A stretch of 62,963 bases of DNA from a virus (taxonomy: Duplodnaviria > Caudoviricetes): positions 1 through 62,963 of IMG/VR virus record IMGVR_UViG_3300042199_000105; one strand, 5' to 3'. Position 1 is the stretch's first letter. The number at the start of each line of letters is the position of its first letter. The position numbers and the translations under genes were made by a program. Below are positions 20,769 to 31,437 of the stretch, piece after piece. Below the pieces are notes generated by a model. It was not told the DNA's origin. It saw only the letters and a list, made by a program, of their open reading frames with translations, and searched no databases.

Positions 20769-23449
20769 TATGTTCTAATGTTCTTGAAGAACCCTTTCTG
20801 GGCATTAAAGTTAGTAGAAACTTCAGAATTATCTAGAGGTCTTGAATAGAATTTTAAGCTTCCTATGTGTCCTCGAAGACCGCTTACGACTCCTCCCCTA
20901 GCTCCTCCACCCATAAAATTACCGTATTGATACATACCGTCTGTGTAACCCCCACCAACAATCCAAGGAGTATAGAAAGTATTTAGTAAAGGACCTTCTT
21001 TTAATATCGTAGGCCCATCGACAGTAGTATTAGAATATTCAAAACTATTATCTTTCTTAAATGTAGGAAGATTAGGAGAAGACTTATAAGGAACTCCGAA
21101 TACATTTGAAATTGATGATGTAGCCAACAGATTTCCATCACCATATATCTTAATAGTATCAGTTTCAGGTTCACAAGTTATGTCAATTAAAACAAATTGA
21201 GACGATACACTTCCAAGAATAGTTGAAGATAAATCTACTTTCATCTTATAGAAGGTTGGATAGTTTTGGCAATCATCATTATTAATCCAAGACAAGGATG
21301 AAGCGTCTCTGGATTGAGTAGGTGCAATAAAGAAACTTAAAGATGAAGCAGGATCATTCAAACTATTTGAATTACTAAATCCTGTATTATCCCTTGTGAT
21401 TCTTCTATCTCTAGTAAATCCACACAGAACCCCTCTTACTAATTGTTCACCTCGATCATTAGGTAAGTAATCTAGATCTCTGGTTTGTCCTGTATAATCT
21501 ACGTTTAAATAACCAGAAGCTATTCCTACGTTTTCACATCCAAGCAATACTTTAGTTAAAGACGATGTAGTAGAACTTAACCACCCAACACCTGCATTTG
21601 TTATGTTTGGAACATGAACCCAGCATTCAATCGTAAATCCACTTCTTGAATACATAAGATCTCTAAATTCTGTAGTGTCAGGTAATCTAACAAAGCTACC
21701 TAGACCTGATGCTCCAGCAGGATCGGAACTCTTGTTCTTTACAATACCCTCAAGATATGGTATACCTAGTCCAGAGAAGAATACAGATCTCTTAGAAGGT
21801 GCAACAAGTTGACAGTTATTTACTGGACCTTCTGTAGCATCGTTTAGTATGTTAAAATCTATAGATGATGGAAGAACTATATCAGCTTGCAAGAAATTGT
21901 AACTTGCAAATAATCCATTTGTGACTAACTGATCAGTAAGAGATAGAAGTGTTCCTGCGTTAGTTGATGATGGAGTATATAGAATAGCTCCTTTTCCTAC
22001 TATTGGAACTTTTAAGTGATCAACTCTTAGCGATGGAGCTTTTGTTGAAGAATCAACAAACTTAGGAACTATTGGAAGAATTATTCCATTAACATCACCT
22101 TGTTTAAAAACTAAAGCCTTTTGCTTTTCTAAATCAACAGAAAGATTACTATTTGCTAAATAGGAAAAATCATTAATAGGAATTTTTCCTGGTGCAAACA
22201 TAGGACTAGTCTGCCCGCCATAAATTTGAGGAGCTTTAACTGCTACTTCAATTTGTTTCTTTCTTCTATTTATTTTACTATTATGATTTGCTATTTCAGA
22301 TATTATTAATTGTCTTTGATTTGTTATTACAGATTGTCCTTCTCCATTATTTATAAATCTTTGAAGGTCTGAAGATAGATCATAAATGTGCTTGTCCCTT
22401 TGTTGCCTTAAAGTTATTAAGAAATCATCGGCATCATAATAGAGTTGTAATCCATTACTGTCATCTATAATGTCTGGATCAAAAAGATTATCTTTATATT
22501 TGTTTAATGAATCTAAAGATACTGTCTGACCTTTTCCACCTAAGTTTGGATCATAATTATACTTCCATTGATCTCCTAATGGAACTATACCAGAAATAGC
22601 AGCAAAAGCTACATCAATACCTCCGTTTCTTGAATCGTAATATAAACCATCGTTTGTTAAAATATATTGACCATCTAAGGATACTGGAGGTCCATAAGTT
22701 AATCTAAATACTCCATCATCCATTCCAACTTCTGGATCTTCTACAGGTGCTCTACAGAATGTGGTTCCTGATAAAAACTTATCAAATTCTCTACAATCAT
22801 TAATTGTAGGTTCAAGATTAGGATTAGATTCTCTTTCTAATAGAATATTGCTAATATCGTTAATGAGCCTATCACATTGAACAACAAAGTCGGTAGCGTA
22901 TCTAAGCTCTGCCCTTGTAGCAGCAAAGGTAGAATCATCAAGAGGAGTGGTTCTAGTGGAGGCTGAATTACCCCTTTCATACTGTTTCATGGTTTTAAAC
23001 GTATTTAAACAGTTTGCTATGGCATTAAATTCATTAACTACGTTTTGATAGTTCTGATATAACTGTGCTCCAAACGAAGCAGCATATTGCATAGCACCAA
23101 TAATACCTCCTAGATCAGATAATGCCTGAAGCCCATCGGCATCTAGATTCATCCAAGATATAATTGATTTGAATTTAAAAGTACCTGTCTCAGTATCAAA
23201 TTCAATTATTCCTGTATTCAAAGTTAACTTTCTAAAAATTTCAGCAATAACTTCGTTAGCCTTAGCCTTTCCTTGTTGAGCAGCAATATTTATTTGAGCT
23301 AATACAGGAGTTGGAAGAAGTGATAACGCGGCTGCTCCAAGACCTAGCATACAGCTTGGAACTCCAAACGCCATTCCAGCAGCATTTATAAAATTAGTGC
23401 CAGTTTGTCCCTGTGCTTTTGCAAAAGTTTCAAGATCGAATGATGCCAT
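20768..23449 (-). CDS. Virion protein with C-terminal LamG/ConA-like domain
   Basis: FTIECWV...IYGDG...GHIGSLKFYSRPL pattern. Confidence 0.7.
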   Translation of the reverse strand: MASFDLETFAKAQGQTGTNFINAAGMAFGVPSCMLGLGAAALSLLPTPVLAQINIAAQQGKAKANEVIAEIFRKLTLNTGIIEFDTETGTFKFKSIISWMNLDADGLQALSDLGGIIGAMQYAASFGAQLYQNYQNVVNEFNAIANCLNTFKTMKQYERGNSASTRTTPLDDSTFAATRAELRYATDFVVQCDRLINDISNILLERESNPNLEPTINDCREFDKFLSGTTFCRAPVEDPEVGMDDGVFRLTYGPPVSLDGQYILTNDGLYYDSRNGGIDVAFAAISGIVPLGDQWKYNYDPNLGGKGQTVSLDSLNKYKDNLFDPDIIDDSNGLQLYYDADDFLITLRQQRDKHIYDLSSDLQRFINNGEGQSVITNQRQLIISEIANHNSKINRRKKQIEVAVKAPQIYGGQTSPMFAPGKIPINDFSYLANSNLSVDLEKQKALVFKQGDVNGIILPIVPKFVDSSTKAPSLRVDHLKVPIVGKGAILYTPSSTNAGTLLSLTDQLVTNGLFASYNFLQADIVLPSSIDFNILNDATEGPVNNCQLVAPSKRSVFFSGLGIPYLEGIVKNKSSDPAGASGLGSFVRLPDTTEFRDLMYSRSGFTIECWVHVPNITNAGVGWLSSTTSSLTKVLLGCENVGIASGYLNVDYTGQTRDLDYLPNDRGEQLVRGVLCGFTRDRRITRDNTGFSNSNSLNDPASSLSFFIAPTQSRDASSLSWINNDDCQNYPTFYKMKVDLSSTILGSVSSQFVLIDITCEPETDTIKIYGDGNLLATSSISNVFGVPYKSSPNLPTFKKDNSFEYSNTTVDGPTILKEGPLLNTFYTPWIVGGGYTDGMYQYGNFMGGGARGGVVSGLRGHIGSLKFYSRPLDNSEVSTNFNAQKGFFKNIRT

Positions 23450-23457
23450 ATTTACCT

Positions 23458-24639
23458 CTATATAAGATCAAAAGTATTTATACCAATATTTCCATAATCG
23501 CTATCATGTTTAAGAATAGGTGCGGTTGAAGGAACTTGTGGAATCACAGGTATTATTGGTGGTTCGGGTGCAAGATTAACTATACCACCATCAAGATTAA
23601 TAACACCAGCTTTAGCGTTCATATCAGCACAGGTAAGATTAAACTGAGCGCACTGCATATTTATATTTCCAGCAGTATTTATATCTACGCCTTGTAAAGC
23701 ATCAACCATTACTGTTCCATTTGTTTTAATAGTTATTCCTCCACCAGCTCCGTTAGTTTCAATAACTATCTGTTGATTTACACCAGCAGCGTTAAGACAC
23801 TCGATAAAAATTCTACCATTAGGAGCTTTGGTAAAAACATTAACATCTCTATAAGTGCTTTGTATATTTACATTACCGCTTGGTTTTAAAGGGGGAGGCA
23901 CTCCTAATTGAGGCTTATATGTTGGAGGTGTACCGTTTAGAACACCATTTGCAGCATTAAGTATCTGAAGTTCTTTTCCTCCACCACCAACATAAATATC
24001 AGTTTGTGAGTCGTAGTTTATATATTTTTGTGGACCTGTAGTATGAACTTGAACCGACTGTGCTGGAAGTCCATTGATTGGATTATCTGGTGCATTAGTT
24101 AATAATATCTTAGCTCCATTTCCAGAATCTAAGATTATAGAATCTAAATTAGGCGTGTCATCTAATCTAATCTTTTTATTATTAGTAGACTTTACTTCTG
24201 TATATTTTTTGATGTAATCTGAGTTCTCATCCTCAATCATGCTAATTCCAGCACCTGTAGGAGATTTAAATACATAGTGAGTTGGAAATCCTCTAGATTT
24301 ATACATAGTAGGATCACATCTATCGACTGGAGATACAATTGAATCTCTAATAACTTGTCCATTTTTATAAAGAGGTTCAAAATTAAAAGTCGTTCCTAAA
24401 TAAAACCATTCGTTAGTATTATAAGGTTTTACGACTAAAATCTGAGTTCCTACTTCTGGGACAGCTATGAAAGCTCCTCCAGCATTAGACCCATAAGGAC
24501 TCACATAAGTAATCCTATAAAGTTCATTATCTAATCCATAAATATTAGCTAGGAATGACCCAGTTCTTGCTGCATCAGTCCTATCTCTAACTTCAGCTAA
24601 ACAAACTAGCTGATCTTGTTTTGGTCCTATATCTGTCAT
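23458..24639 (-). CDS. Baseplate hub/central spike (gp5/GpV-like OB fold plus beta repeats)
   Basis: GGAFIAVPEVGTQILV OB-fold motif; C-terminal short beta repeats. Confidence 0.75.
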   Translation of the reverse strand: MTDIGPKQDQLVCLAEVRDRTDAARTGSFLANIYGLDNELYRITYVSPYGSNAGGAFIAVPEVGTQILVVKPYNTNEWFYLGTTFNFEPLYKNGQVIRDSIVSPVDRCDPTMYKSRGFPTHYVFKSPTGAGISMIEDENSDYIKKYTEVKSTNNKKIRLDDTPNLDSIILDSGNGAKILLTNAPDNPINGLPAQSVQVHTTGPQKYINYDSQTDIYVGGGGKELQILNAANGVLNGTPPTYKPQLGVPPPLKPSGNVNIQSTYRDVNVFTKAPNGRIFIECLNAAGVNQQIVIETNGAGGGITIKTNGTVMVDALQGVDINTAGNINMQCAQFNLTCADMNAKAGVINLDGGIVNLAPEPPIIPVIPQVPSTAPILKHDSDYGNIGINTFDLI

Positions 24640-24666
24640 GGTTTTTTACTTATATAAATTATTTTT

Positions 24667-27477
24667 TTACTGAGGAGTTCTACTATCCACACCCCTACTA
24701 GTGTCAAAATCAGCATATGGATTAAATTTTGGTGGTGGTGGAGGTGGCGGTTTATAATAAGGATGAAATAAAGGTAATGTAGATCTTTGCCTATCTGATA
24801 TACCTAACAAAGAAGATCTAATATCTCTCGACATTTGTAAACTAGTATTAGGATCTTTTACTGTAAGAAATCTAGAGGTACTAAACTTAGGATCTTTTAC
24901 TGGATCTTTTACTGTAAGAAATCTAGTAGAAATTGAACTTGTGTTAGACTCTTTTAAAATTTCCATTGATTCTGTTTGATCTTTTGTTTTACTGTTTTTA
25001 ATTGATATAACTTTTTGTAAAAAGAATTCTGAGTAGCATCCATTAGAATCAATATTATGTCTGAATCCCATAATTCTATACAATCCAGAATATATAATAC
25101 TAAGTATTGAAGGATCTGGTTGTCTTATCATAGGCATATTAACATTCTGCATTAAAAGAATACAAGGTCTTGTCAAACTAATTACGTTTGACAAGTTAAA
25201 CATAGGTAATGTTTGAATATTAACTTGATAAACTTGATTATATACTTGATTAAGGAAGTTATTTATTATTAATGTTGGGTCTGTTGCATATTGCTGTTTA
25301 AATAATGTTCTTAACCCAATGTTACATTCTTGGCTCAAATATTCAATCATATAAAAAACAGCGATCATTACATCATTAGTATCTTGTCCATCAAAATCTT
25401 GAGATTCCGCTAATTTTCTAAGTTCAGAATATATTTCACTCCTTCTTTGAACACTAATCCCCTCATTAAATATTCCAGCCTCAGTTGCATAAAGTACCAA
25501 TTCTGTTATCGTTTTTGGTTTTAATGTACTAAATTCACTAGGAATTATTCCTCCTATTATACCAGCAGCTTTTCTAGATACAACAGTTTCAAAATGACGC
25601 AATAACAAAGCCCAATATTGATTAGATTCTTTTATAGTTAATTCTGTAATATTTGGATTTTTTGTATTGTACCTAAATACAGGACATTTTAATTTTGTTA
25701 TTATTTCATGATCTTTTTTACTCAATAAAGATCCAAACGATTCGTTACCCGAAGTTGTTGGATCATCTTGAAAATAAGCAAACTCGTCTGGAATATACGA
25801 TTGATCTCCAAAAGGATAAGTAATTTCAGTTGTATTAAACGCAGTAATTTTTTTAATTTTGTCTATATAATCTGGATTTAATAATATTTCTGCATCTTGA
25901 GGATGTAAAAACTTTCCTAAAATGTTTTCAATATCAGAAGCATAAAGATATTCTCTAATTAGATTAATATCTCCAAAAATTATAAATTCTTCAGACTCCT
26001 CAATGCTATAATCACCAGAAAACAAACGATATGTCTGACATTTTAATTTTGTGTCACTTTTCCATAAATCTAAAATTAAAAGATTATTTTCTGACAACAC
26101 TTCATGAGTTATTGTATAAATACCTCCAGCAATACTATTTATTGTTTTAATTAAATTATTTATAAGATCCATGTGCTTTGGAATTCCTGAATCTGTTGAA
26201 TTATACAACCTTGCACAAAATGAATTATTCTTATAATAATTTTCTAAATTATCTTTTTGATTTACTTTATCTGGTCTAAGTATAACTGATGCTCTAGAAG
26301 GAGCAATCGGTATTCCACTTACATTTTGTTGATTTTCATATTCCCTATCTCTTCTTATAGACTCTCTAATTCTATCTTTACTTCTTTTTTCTATTTGTGA
26401 AGATTCAGTAGAAATATTAGAAGGTACACCCGTTGTGATAATTCTATTATTATTAGCTGGTACGTTTACAAAATCTAAACCTAATGAATCTTGTAATAAT
26501 GTTTTTAAAAACTGTTCTCTTTTTGCTCTTATTTCTAATTCTGGAGACAGGGTTGCTGCCAGAGCTATTTTATCTCCTCCTTGCAAACTTCCTAAACTTC
26601 CAGTAGTAGAATTATCTAATCTAGATAAATTTTTAGCAAGATCTATTGCTTTAGAACAAATTTTATTTAAATCAGGTAATAATATTATTATATTTTTATG
26701 TTGAGTTGCTTGTCTTATATAATCTCTTAGTATATCAACAATCAAAACATGAAGATCTATTGGAGGGTTATAACCAATTTCAAGAGGATCATATATGTTA
26801 GGTAAATAATTTAAATTTATTAACTCAGAGTTTCCAGTACATACTGTTGTTGTTCCATTATTATCTATAATTGCAGGAATACCAAAAGCATTCGTATTTT
26901 CTTTTGGATCTAAATGATTTTCAGTTGCTACAAATTTAATTGTTAAAATTCTTGGTCCTTCAATTTTTACATCAATTGATTGGATATAAACTTTGAATGG
27001 ACCTGCCCATTGATTTAATTGATCACCTATTCCATATGCTAAATAAATATTTCTTTTTTTAGTATTTTTTAAATATTCTATATTAGAATTTCTAAGAAAT
27101 TCAAAATTTCTATTATAAACTTCACTTAATTCTCTTTGAGATTCATTTCCTTTCCAGTTTTTTGGAAAAAATCTAGATCCATCATTTGGATAAGAATTCG
27201 CCATAACTTCTAAAACATTTGAAGTTAAAAATTGTTTTTCAAATTCTGATGTGGGATCTATTAATGATAAAGTTAACTCAAAAGATTTTCCAATATTTAC
27301 TGTATGCTCTAACGATATAAAGTTAGGATTGCTTTGAGTAGAAAATACGAAACCCCCTCCAGTCTCTTTTAAACCTTCAACTAAGTTGGAAAAAGAACCT
27401 CCTTTTATAAAAAGTGTTTCAGCAGCTTCTCTTCCAAACATGAAGGCTATATTAGCTGTGGGTATTAATGTGCTCAT
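24667..27477 (-). CDS. Probable baseplate hub protein (gp27/VgrG-like)
   Basis: 936 aa between gp53-like and gp5-like genes; SGLYRIMGFRHNI...YSEFFL C-terminal hub-like motif. Confidence 0.55.
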   Translation of the reverse strand: MSTLIPTANIAFMFGREAAETLFIKGGSFSNLVEGLKETGGGFVFSTQSNPNFISLEHTVNIGKSFELTLSLIDPTSEFEKQFLTSNVLEVMANSYPNDGSRFFPKNWKGNESQRELSEVYNRNFEFLRNSNIEYLKNTKKRNIYLAYGIGDQLNQWAGPFKVYIQSIDVKIEGPRILTIKFVATENHLDPKENTNAFGIPAIIDNNGTTTVCTGNSELINLNYLPNIYDPLEIGYNPPIDLHVLIVDILRDYIRQATQHKNIIILLPDLNKICSKAIDLAKNLSRLDNSTTGSLGSLQGGDKIALAATLSPELEIRAKREQFLKTLLQDSLGLDFVNVPANNNRIITTGVPSNISTESSQIEKRSKDRIRESIRRDREYENQQNVSGIPIAPSRASVILRPDKVNQKDNLENYYKNNSFCARLYNSTDSGIPKHMDLINNLIKTINSIAGGIYTITHEVLSENNLLILDLWKSDTKLKCQTYRLFSGDYSIEESEEFIIFGDINLIREYLYASDIENILGKFLHPQDAEILLNPDYIDKIKKITAFNTTEITYPFGDQSYIPDEFAYFQDDPTTSGNESFGSLLSKKDHEIITKLKCPVFRYNTKNPNITELTIKESNQYWALLLRHFETVVSRKAAGIIGGIIPSEFSTLKPKTITELVLYATEAGIFNEGISVQRRSEIYSELRKLAESQDFDGQDTNDVMIAVFYMIEYLSQECNIGLRTLFKQQYATDPTLIINNFLNQVYNQVYQVNIQTLPMFNLSNVISLTRPCILLMQNVNMPMIRQPDPSILSIIYSGLYRIMGFRHNIDSNGCYSEFFLQKVISIKNSKTKDQTESMEILKESNTSSISTRFLTVKDPVKDPKFSTSRFLTVKDPNTSLQMSRDIRSSLLGISDRQRSTLPLFHPYYKPPPPPPPKFNPYADFDTSRGVDSRTPQ

Positions 27478-27779
27478 AGCTTAGGAATTAGTATTCTTTG
27501 ATTTATATAAAATCCTTCAAAAGGATCTGAAATATTGTTAACTAACATTAATAGCCACCAATTAGTAGGAGATCCATAGAATAAATTTGATATTAGATCT
27601 GGTCTATGTTGATATCCGTCTGGGATATAGCCAACATCATACTCATATGCAGTATCTATCGTTTTTATTAAGTTATCAAATACTGTAGAATTTAGTATGG
27701 TTGTAATAACCGCATCTTTGTGAGATGCGGTTATAGAATCTAAACTATACGGACCTCTTCTATTTCCTAAACTTGTCAT
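27474..27779 (-). CDS. Baseplate wedge gp53/LysM-like protein
   Basis: HRPDLISNLFYGSPTNWWLLMLVNNISDPF motif; start reassigned to ATG 27779 (ATGA overlap). Confidence 0.85.
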   Translation of the reverse strand: MTSLGNRRGPYSLDSITASHKDAVITTILNSTVFDNLIKTIDTAYEYDVGYIPDGYQHRPDLISNLFYGSPTNWWLLMLVNNISDPFEGFYINQRILIPKL

Positions 27780-28855
27780 ACTGATGTAGCCCCGTATCCA
27801 CCATATCCAGGATCCAATGAAGTTGTAGGACCTAAAATTACAGCTTCCCATCCAGCTAAGTTATCTCTTTCAACAATACTAGCATTTGTTGGATCAAACT
27901 TTCCAAAACTTCCAGTTCTTAATTCTTCTAATTTTAAAGAAATTTTTAATTGTCTTGGAAGTAAAGTATCTAGATCATATCCAGCAGCTTCATTTGCTTC
28001 TATAGAGTAATCCATACAAATACAAGGAATGTCCTGGTACATTATACCGTGTTTTAATCTGATTAGTGGAGGTCCATACATTGGATTTTCTGAATTATTT
28101 ATTACACTAGATCTTATTATATTTGTCCAATATACAATAAGATCAATCATTTTATATCTTAATTCAGTGGATTGATCTACTGTTTTATCCGCTTTTTGCA
28201 ATTCAGATCTCCAAGATAAAGTTGCAATATCTTTAGAAGAGGATTTTATTTTTAAAGAATCAATGTTTCTTGAAAGAAGAATATTATAGATACTATTCGC
28301 CCCTTTATTTTTTGCAGCCTCAGATTCAAATTCAGATTGATATCTACTTATTATAAACTGTTGATCTACTAAATTAGCATTGGTAAACCAATCACTTTTT
28401 AACACTTCTTTGATAGATTCATAAGCTTGATTTTTAGTATAATTATTTCCTAATCTAAAAGCTAAAGAAGTATTTCCAGTTCCTGTTGAAGTAGATGCAG
28501 GACTTTTAAATTTCATTTTATCATCTTCTCTAGATTCACCAGTAAAAAATACACCCGCATCTTGTTTTGCTCCAGGATGCAAATCTAATAAGTGAGGTAA
28601 TGTTATGTTGAATTCTAAATTAAATTCTCTAGAATCTGCTCCCATGTATGTGTATAAATTGCTAGATCTAGAAATTAATGAGTATCTTTGATATCGAGCC
28701 TTTTTGCTTTCTTTAATTCTAATATTTTCATAGAAAGGTAAATTTACAGAGTAGTATCTTCCATTAGCATTTTTTTGTGGTAATGGAAAATAAAATTTTA
28801 GTAAACTTCTTTGTGGTAATCTTCTGTCTACTATTGGTTGTGTAGTATTACTCAT
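27776..28855 (-). CDS. Tail tube initiator/cap-like protein
   Basis: YTYMGADSREFNLEF and GPPLIRLKHG motifs; lies between tape-measure-like and gp53-like genes. Confidence 0.6.
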   Translation of the reverse strand: MSNTTQPIVDRRLPQRSLLKFYFPLPQKNANGRYYSVNLPFYENIRIKESKKARYQRYSLISRSSNLYTYMGADSREFNLEFNITLPHLLDLHPGAKQDAGVFFTGESREDDKMKFKSPASTSTGTGNTSLAFRLGNNYTKNQAYESIKEVLKSDWFTNANLVDQQFIISRYQSEFESEAAKNKGANSIYNILLSRNIDSLKIKSSSKDIATLSWRSELQKADKTVDQSTELRYKMIDLIVYWTNIIRSSVINNSENPMYGPPLIRLKHGIMYQDIPCICMDYSIEANEAAGYDLDTLLPRQLKISLKLEELRTGSFGKFDPTNASIVERDNLAGWEAVILGPTTSLDPGYGGYGATSV

Positions 28856-28866
28856 TTAAAACCTTT

Positions 28867-30720
28867 TTAGAATCCTAATTGTTGTCCTCTGAATGAAGAG
28901 CCTAAAGCTCTATTTTTTAATTGACCTCGTTGAACTGTTCCATCTAAATTTTCTATAGCTTCTATAATTCCATTAGCAGAATCCACGGTTCCAGCACCTA
29001 ATATTCTTTCTAAAGATAATGATAAAGTATCCATGCTTTCCTGCAAGAAATCGGGAGTTCTTATTTCTACATCTTTTTTTGTATTGGCATTAATTTGACC
29101 TAGAAGTCCTACCATTGATTCATCTAAAGGTAAACCCTTTCTTGCATATTCAATACCTTGTTCTAGTTTCTGAATAATTTCAGGCTTTTCTCCTCCAATA
29201 CCTCCTAATGCTTTACTTAAATTTTTCAATCCCTCAGATTTGTTAGAAGCTAATGCATACTCTTTAAAAGCTTCAGAAACCTTTCCACCTAGATTAAAGT
29301 CTTGAATAGCCTCTTGTTGAGTTTCTGATAAATCTTTTATGCTTCTAGCACCTTCTGCTATGGCTATTTCAATTTCTTTTAATACTGCTTTCTTTTCATA
29401 AACTTCTATATCAACATCTGCAATATCTGCTCCAAAGAAATCTGAAACATGAAGTATGGCTGCATACAATCCGTAGAATGCGGCTTCTACTTGTGCCATT
29501 ATGCCTCCAGGTTCAGTTAGATTTATAAAGAAATCAGTAATTCCAGTAAAGACTGATCTAATTAATTCAGTTGCATTTTCTCCAATGAAGGTTACTATTG
29601 GATAAAATATTTCAATTACAGTTTTTGAAAACTGAAGTAATCCTATCTTAATATTCTTTAAAGTTTCTGATCCTATTGCAAGAGTTTCTTCTAACCATTT
29701 TCCTACACCAGATCCTATAGCTTTTGCAACAAAAGATAAAACCTCATATAATGTTACAAGAGGTTTATGTAATGTTGAAAGTGCATTTTCTATGGGAACA
29801 AATATTTCTTTTTTTAATGTTTGAATTGTTAAATAATATTCAGCTATATAATCATTTATATCTAAAACTCGTTTACCTAATCCATCTGCTAGAGAAAGAG
29901 CATTTAACATTTTCTCACCAAACAATGTCATAGGAACTGATGCTATTGCAAATTCTGATTGAGCACCTTGCCCAAACATCCTAACTCTTTCTGCTGAAGT
30001 CTTAATCATATTCTGAAGAAGATCTAACAGTTTATCAGTATTGTTTCTATTAGCTAATAATTGCTCTCTTTGTTCTAAAATGCCAAGGCCCGCTAATCTT
30101 GATAGGTTTTCAAAAGATGGATCAAGAACAGTTTTTACAAATCCAGTTAATTCTTGAGATAGTTGAGGTCCAACAATTCCTTGTAATTGAAGAATTGCTT
30201 CTTGGAAATTCTGTCCTAACCCTACTAACTTTTGTACTGGCATAGTATCAGCCAAAGCATTTAATGCTTGAACTAATTTATCAGTACCTATTTGATATTG
30301 ATTTCCATACTTTAATAGGGATAGGGCTAGACTATTAGTTTCTTCATTAGTAAGTCCCAATGCAACTTCAAGTTTTGCGAAAGTATCAGCAGTAGCTTTA
30401 AACGCAGTATTAGTTAACATCTGCTGGTTTATAAGTCTGGAAACCCCCATTGTATTTCCAGTCATACCAGCATTTAAAGTTTCTATTCCAGCTTTAAATC
30501 TCTGATCTAAAGAACCCCTTAATCCTTCTAGTTGACCTCCTAGAGTTTTTCTAGTATCCTCGTAGGTTAAACCTAGAGCCAAAGACTGTTGTTGAGCCTT
30601 GTCAGCAAATTCTATAGCAGCATCAAGCTTTTCTTTTAATGCATTAGTAGCTCCAACCAAGCTGCTTAACTTGGTTACAGCCTCTATTAAAATCATTACT
30701 GCTTGAGGAGGTACTACCAT
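28867..30720 (-). CDS. Tape-measure-like helical protein
   Basis: 617 aa, A/L-rich amphipathic helices, position upstream of tube initiator. Confidence 0.55.
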   Translation of the reverse strand: MVVPPQAVMILIEAVTKLSSLVGATNALKEKLDAAIEFADKAQQQSLALGLTYEDTRKTLGGQLEGLRGSLDQRFKAGIETLNAGMTGNTMGVSRLINQQMLTNTAFKATADTFAKLEVALGLTNEETNSLALSLLKYGNQYQIGTDKLVQALNALADTMPVQKLVGLGQNFQEAILQLQGIVGPQLSQELTGFVKTVLDPSFENLSRLAGLGILEQREQLLANRNNTDKLLDLLQNMIKTSAERVRMFGQGAQSEFAIASVPMTLFGEKMLNALSLADGLGKRVLDINDYIAEYYLTIQTLKKEIFVPIENALSTLHKPLVTLYEVLSFVAKAIGSGVGKWLEETLAIGSETLKNIKIGLLQFSKTVIEIFYPIVTFIGENATELIRSVFTGITDFFINLTEPGGIMAQVEAAFYGLYAAILHVSDFFGADIADVDIEVYEKKAVLKEIEIAIAEGARSIKDLSETQQEAIQDFNLGGKVSEAFKEYALASNKSEGLKNLSKALGGIGGEKPEIIQKLEQGIEYARKGLPLDESMVGLLGQINANTKKDVEIRTPDFLQESMDTLSLSLERILGAGTVDSANGIIEAIENLDGTVQRGQLKNRALGSSFRGQQLGF

Positions 30721-30726
30721 TTTATT

Positions 30727-31101
30727 TTAAAGTTTTACTTTTCTAATCCTTCGTAGAGGTCCATAGATCCTTCCCATAATATAAGTTCTATAGTTTTCTT
30801 TAGGTAAGGCTCCTTTTTTATATAGTTCTTCAAGAGAAGCTGGGGTATATTCACCGTCATCAGGTAATTTAAACCCAGTTAATAACAAGTTACCAGTCTT
30901 AGCCTCTTTAGTTATAGGCTCTATGATGAGAAAAATTCTGGAGGCTCTACTACCTTTTCCAGAACCTAGCTGATATCTAAAGAATAAAACATCCCCAGGA
31001 ACAGCACAAGAATCTGATTTTGGGACTATAGAAACTTCTTGGAACGGATCTGCTCCAACCTGTTTTAAAAAAAAATCAACTTGTCTTGAAAATATTGCCA
31101 T
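30727..31101 (-). CDS. Hypothetical protein, weakly like T4 gp2 DNA-end protector
   Basis: PGDVLFFRY...GNLLLTGF...NYRTY pattern; weak. Confidence 0.35.
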   Translation of the reverse strand: MAIFSRQVDFFLKQVGADPFQEVSIVPKSDSCAVPGDVLFFRYQLGSGKGSRASRIFLIIEPITKEAKTGNLLLTGFKLPDDGEYTPASLEELYKKGALPKENYRTYIMGRIYGPLRRIRKVKL

Positions 31102-31140
31102 GCTTTATATATTATATATTAATTATATAAGTAGTAATTT

Positions 31141-31437
31141 ATGACCAACCTTGATGTAGATATTATAGATTTTATAGATTTAATTAACGAAACACTTAGT
31201 TATTCGTTTGTAGATAAGTGGAGACATAAGTACTCCGAAAGATTCATAAAACACTTTCAATTTAAACTTCTGGATGCCATGAATCGACAAAAGCCTTTAA
31301 AGTTAGAAATGTTGTATAACTATTTAACCAAAAAGTGCAAGTATTCACCTGAACAGGTTTCTAACTTTTTTGAGTCCATAGACATAGAAATATATAGACC
31401 TTTTATCTATGGTCGATATTCTAAGAAGTCTTTTTAG
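31141..31437 (+). CDS. Hypothetical protein
   Basis: 98-aa ORF after an AT-rich divergent spacer. Confidence 0.6.
   Translation: MTNLDVDIIDFIDLINETLSYSFVDKWRHKYSERFIKHFQFKLLDAMNRQKPLKLEMLYNYLTKKCKYSPEQVSNFFESIDIEIYRPFIYGRYSKKSF

Noticed and set aside
24851-24926. 25-bp direct repeat GGATCTTTTACTGTAAGAAATCTAG
   Set aside because: In-frame duplication (RFLTVKDP) in a low-complexity protein tail; no sign of separate function
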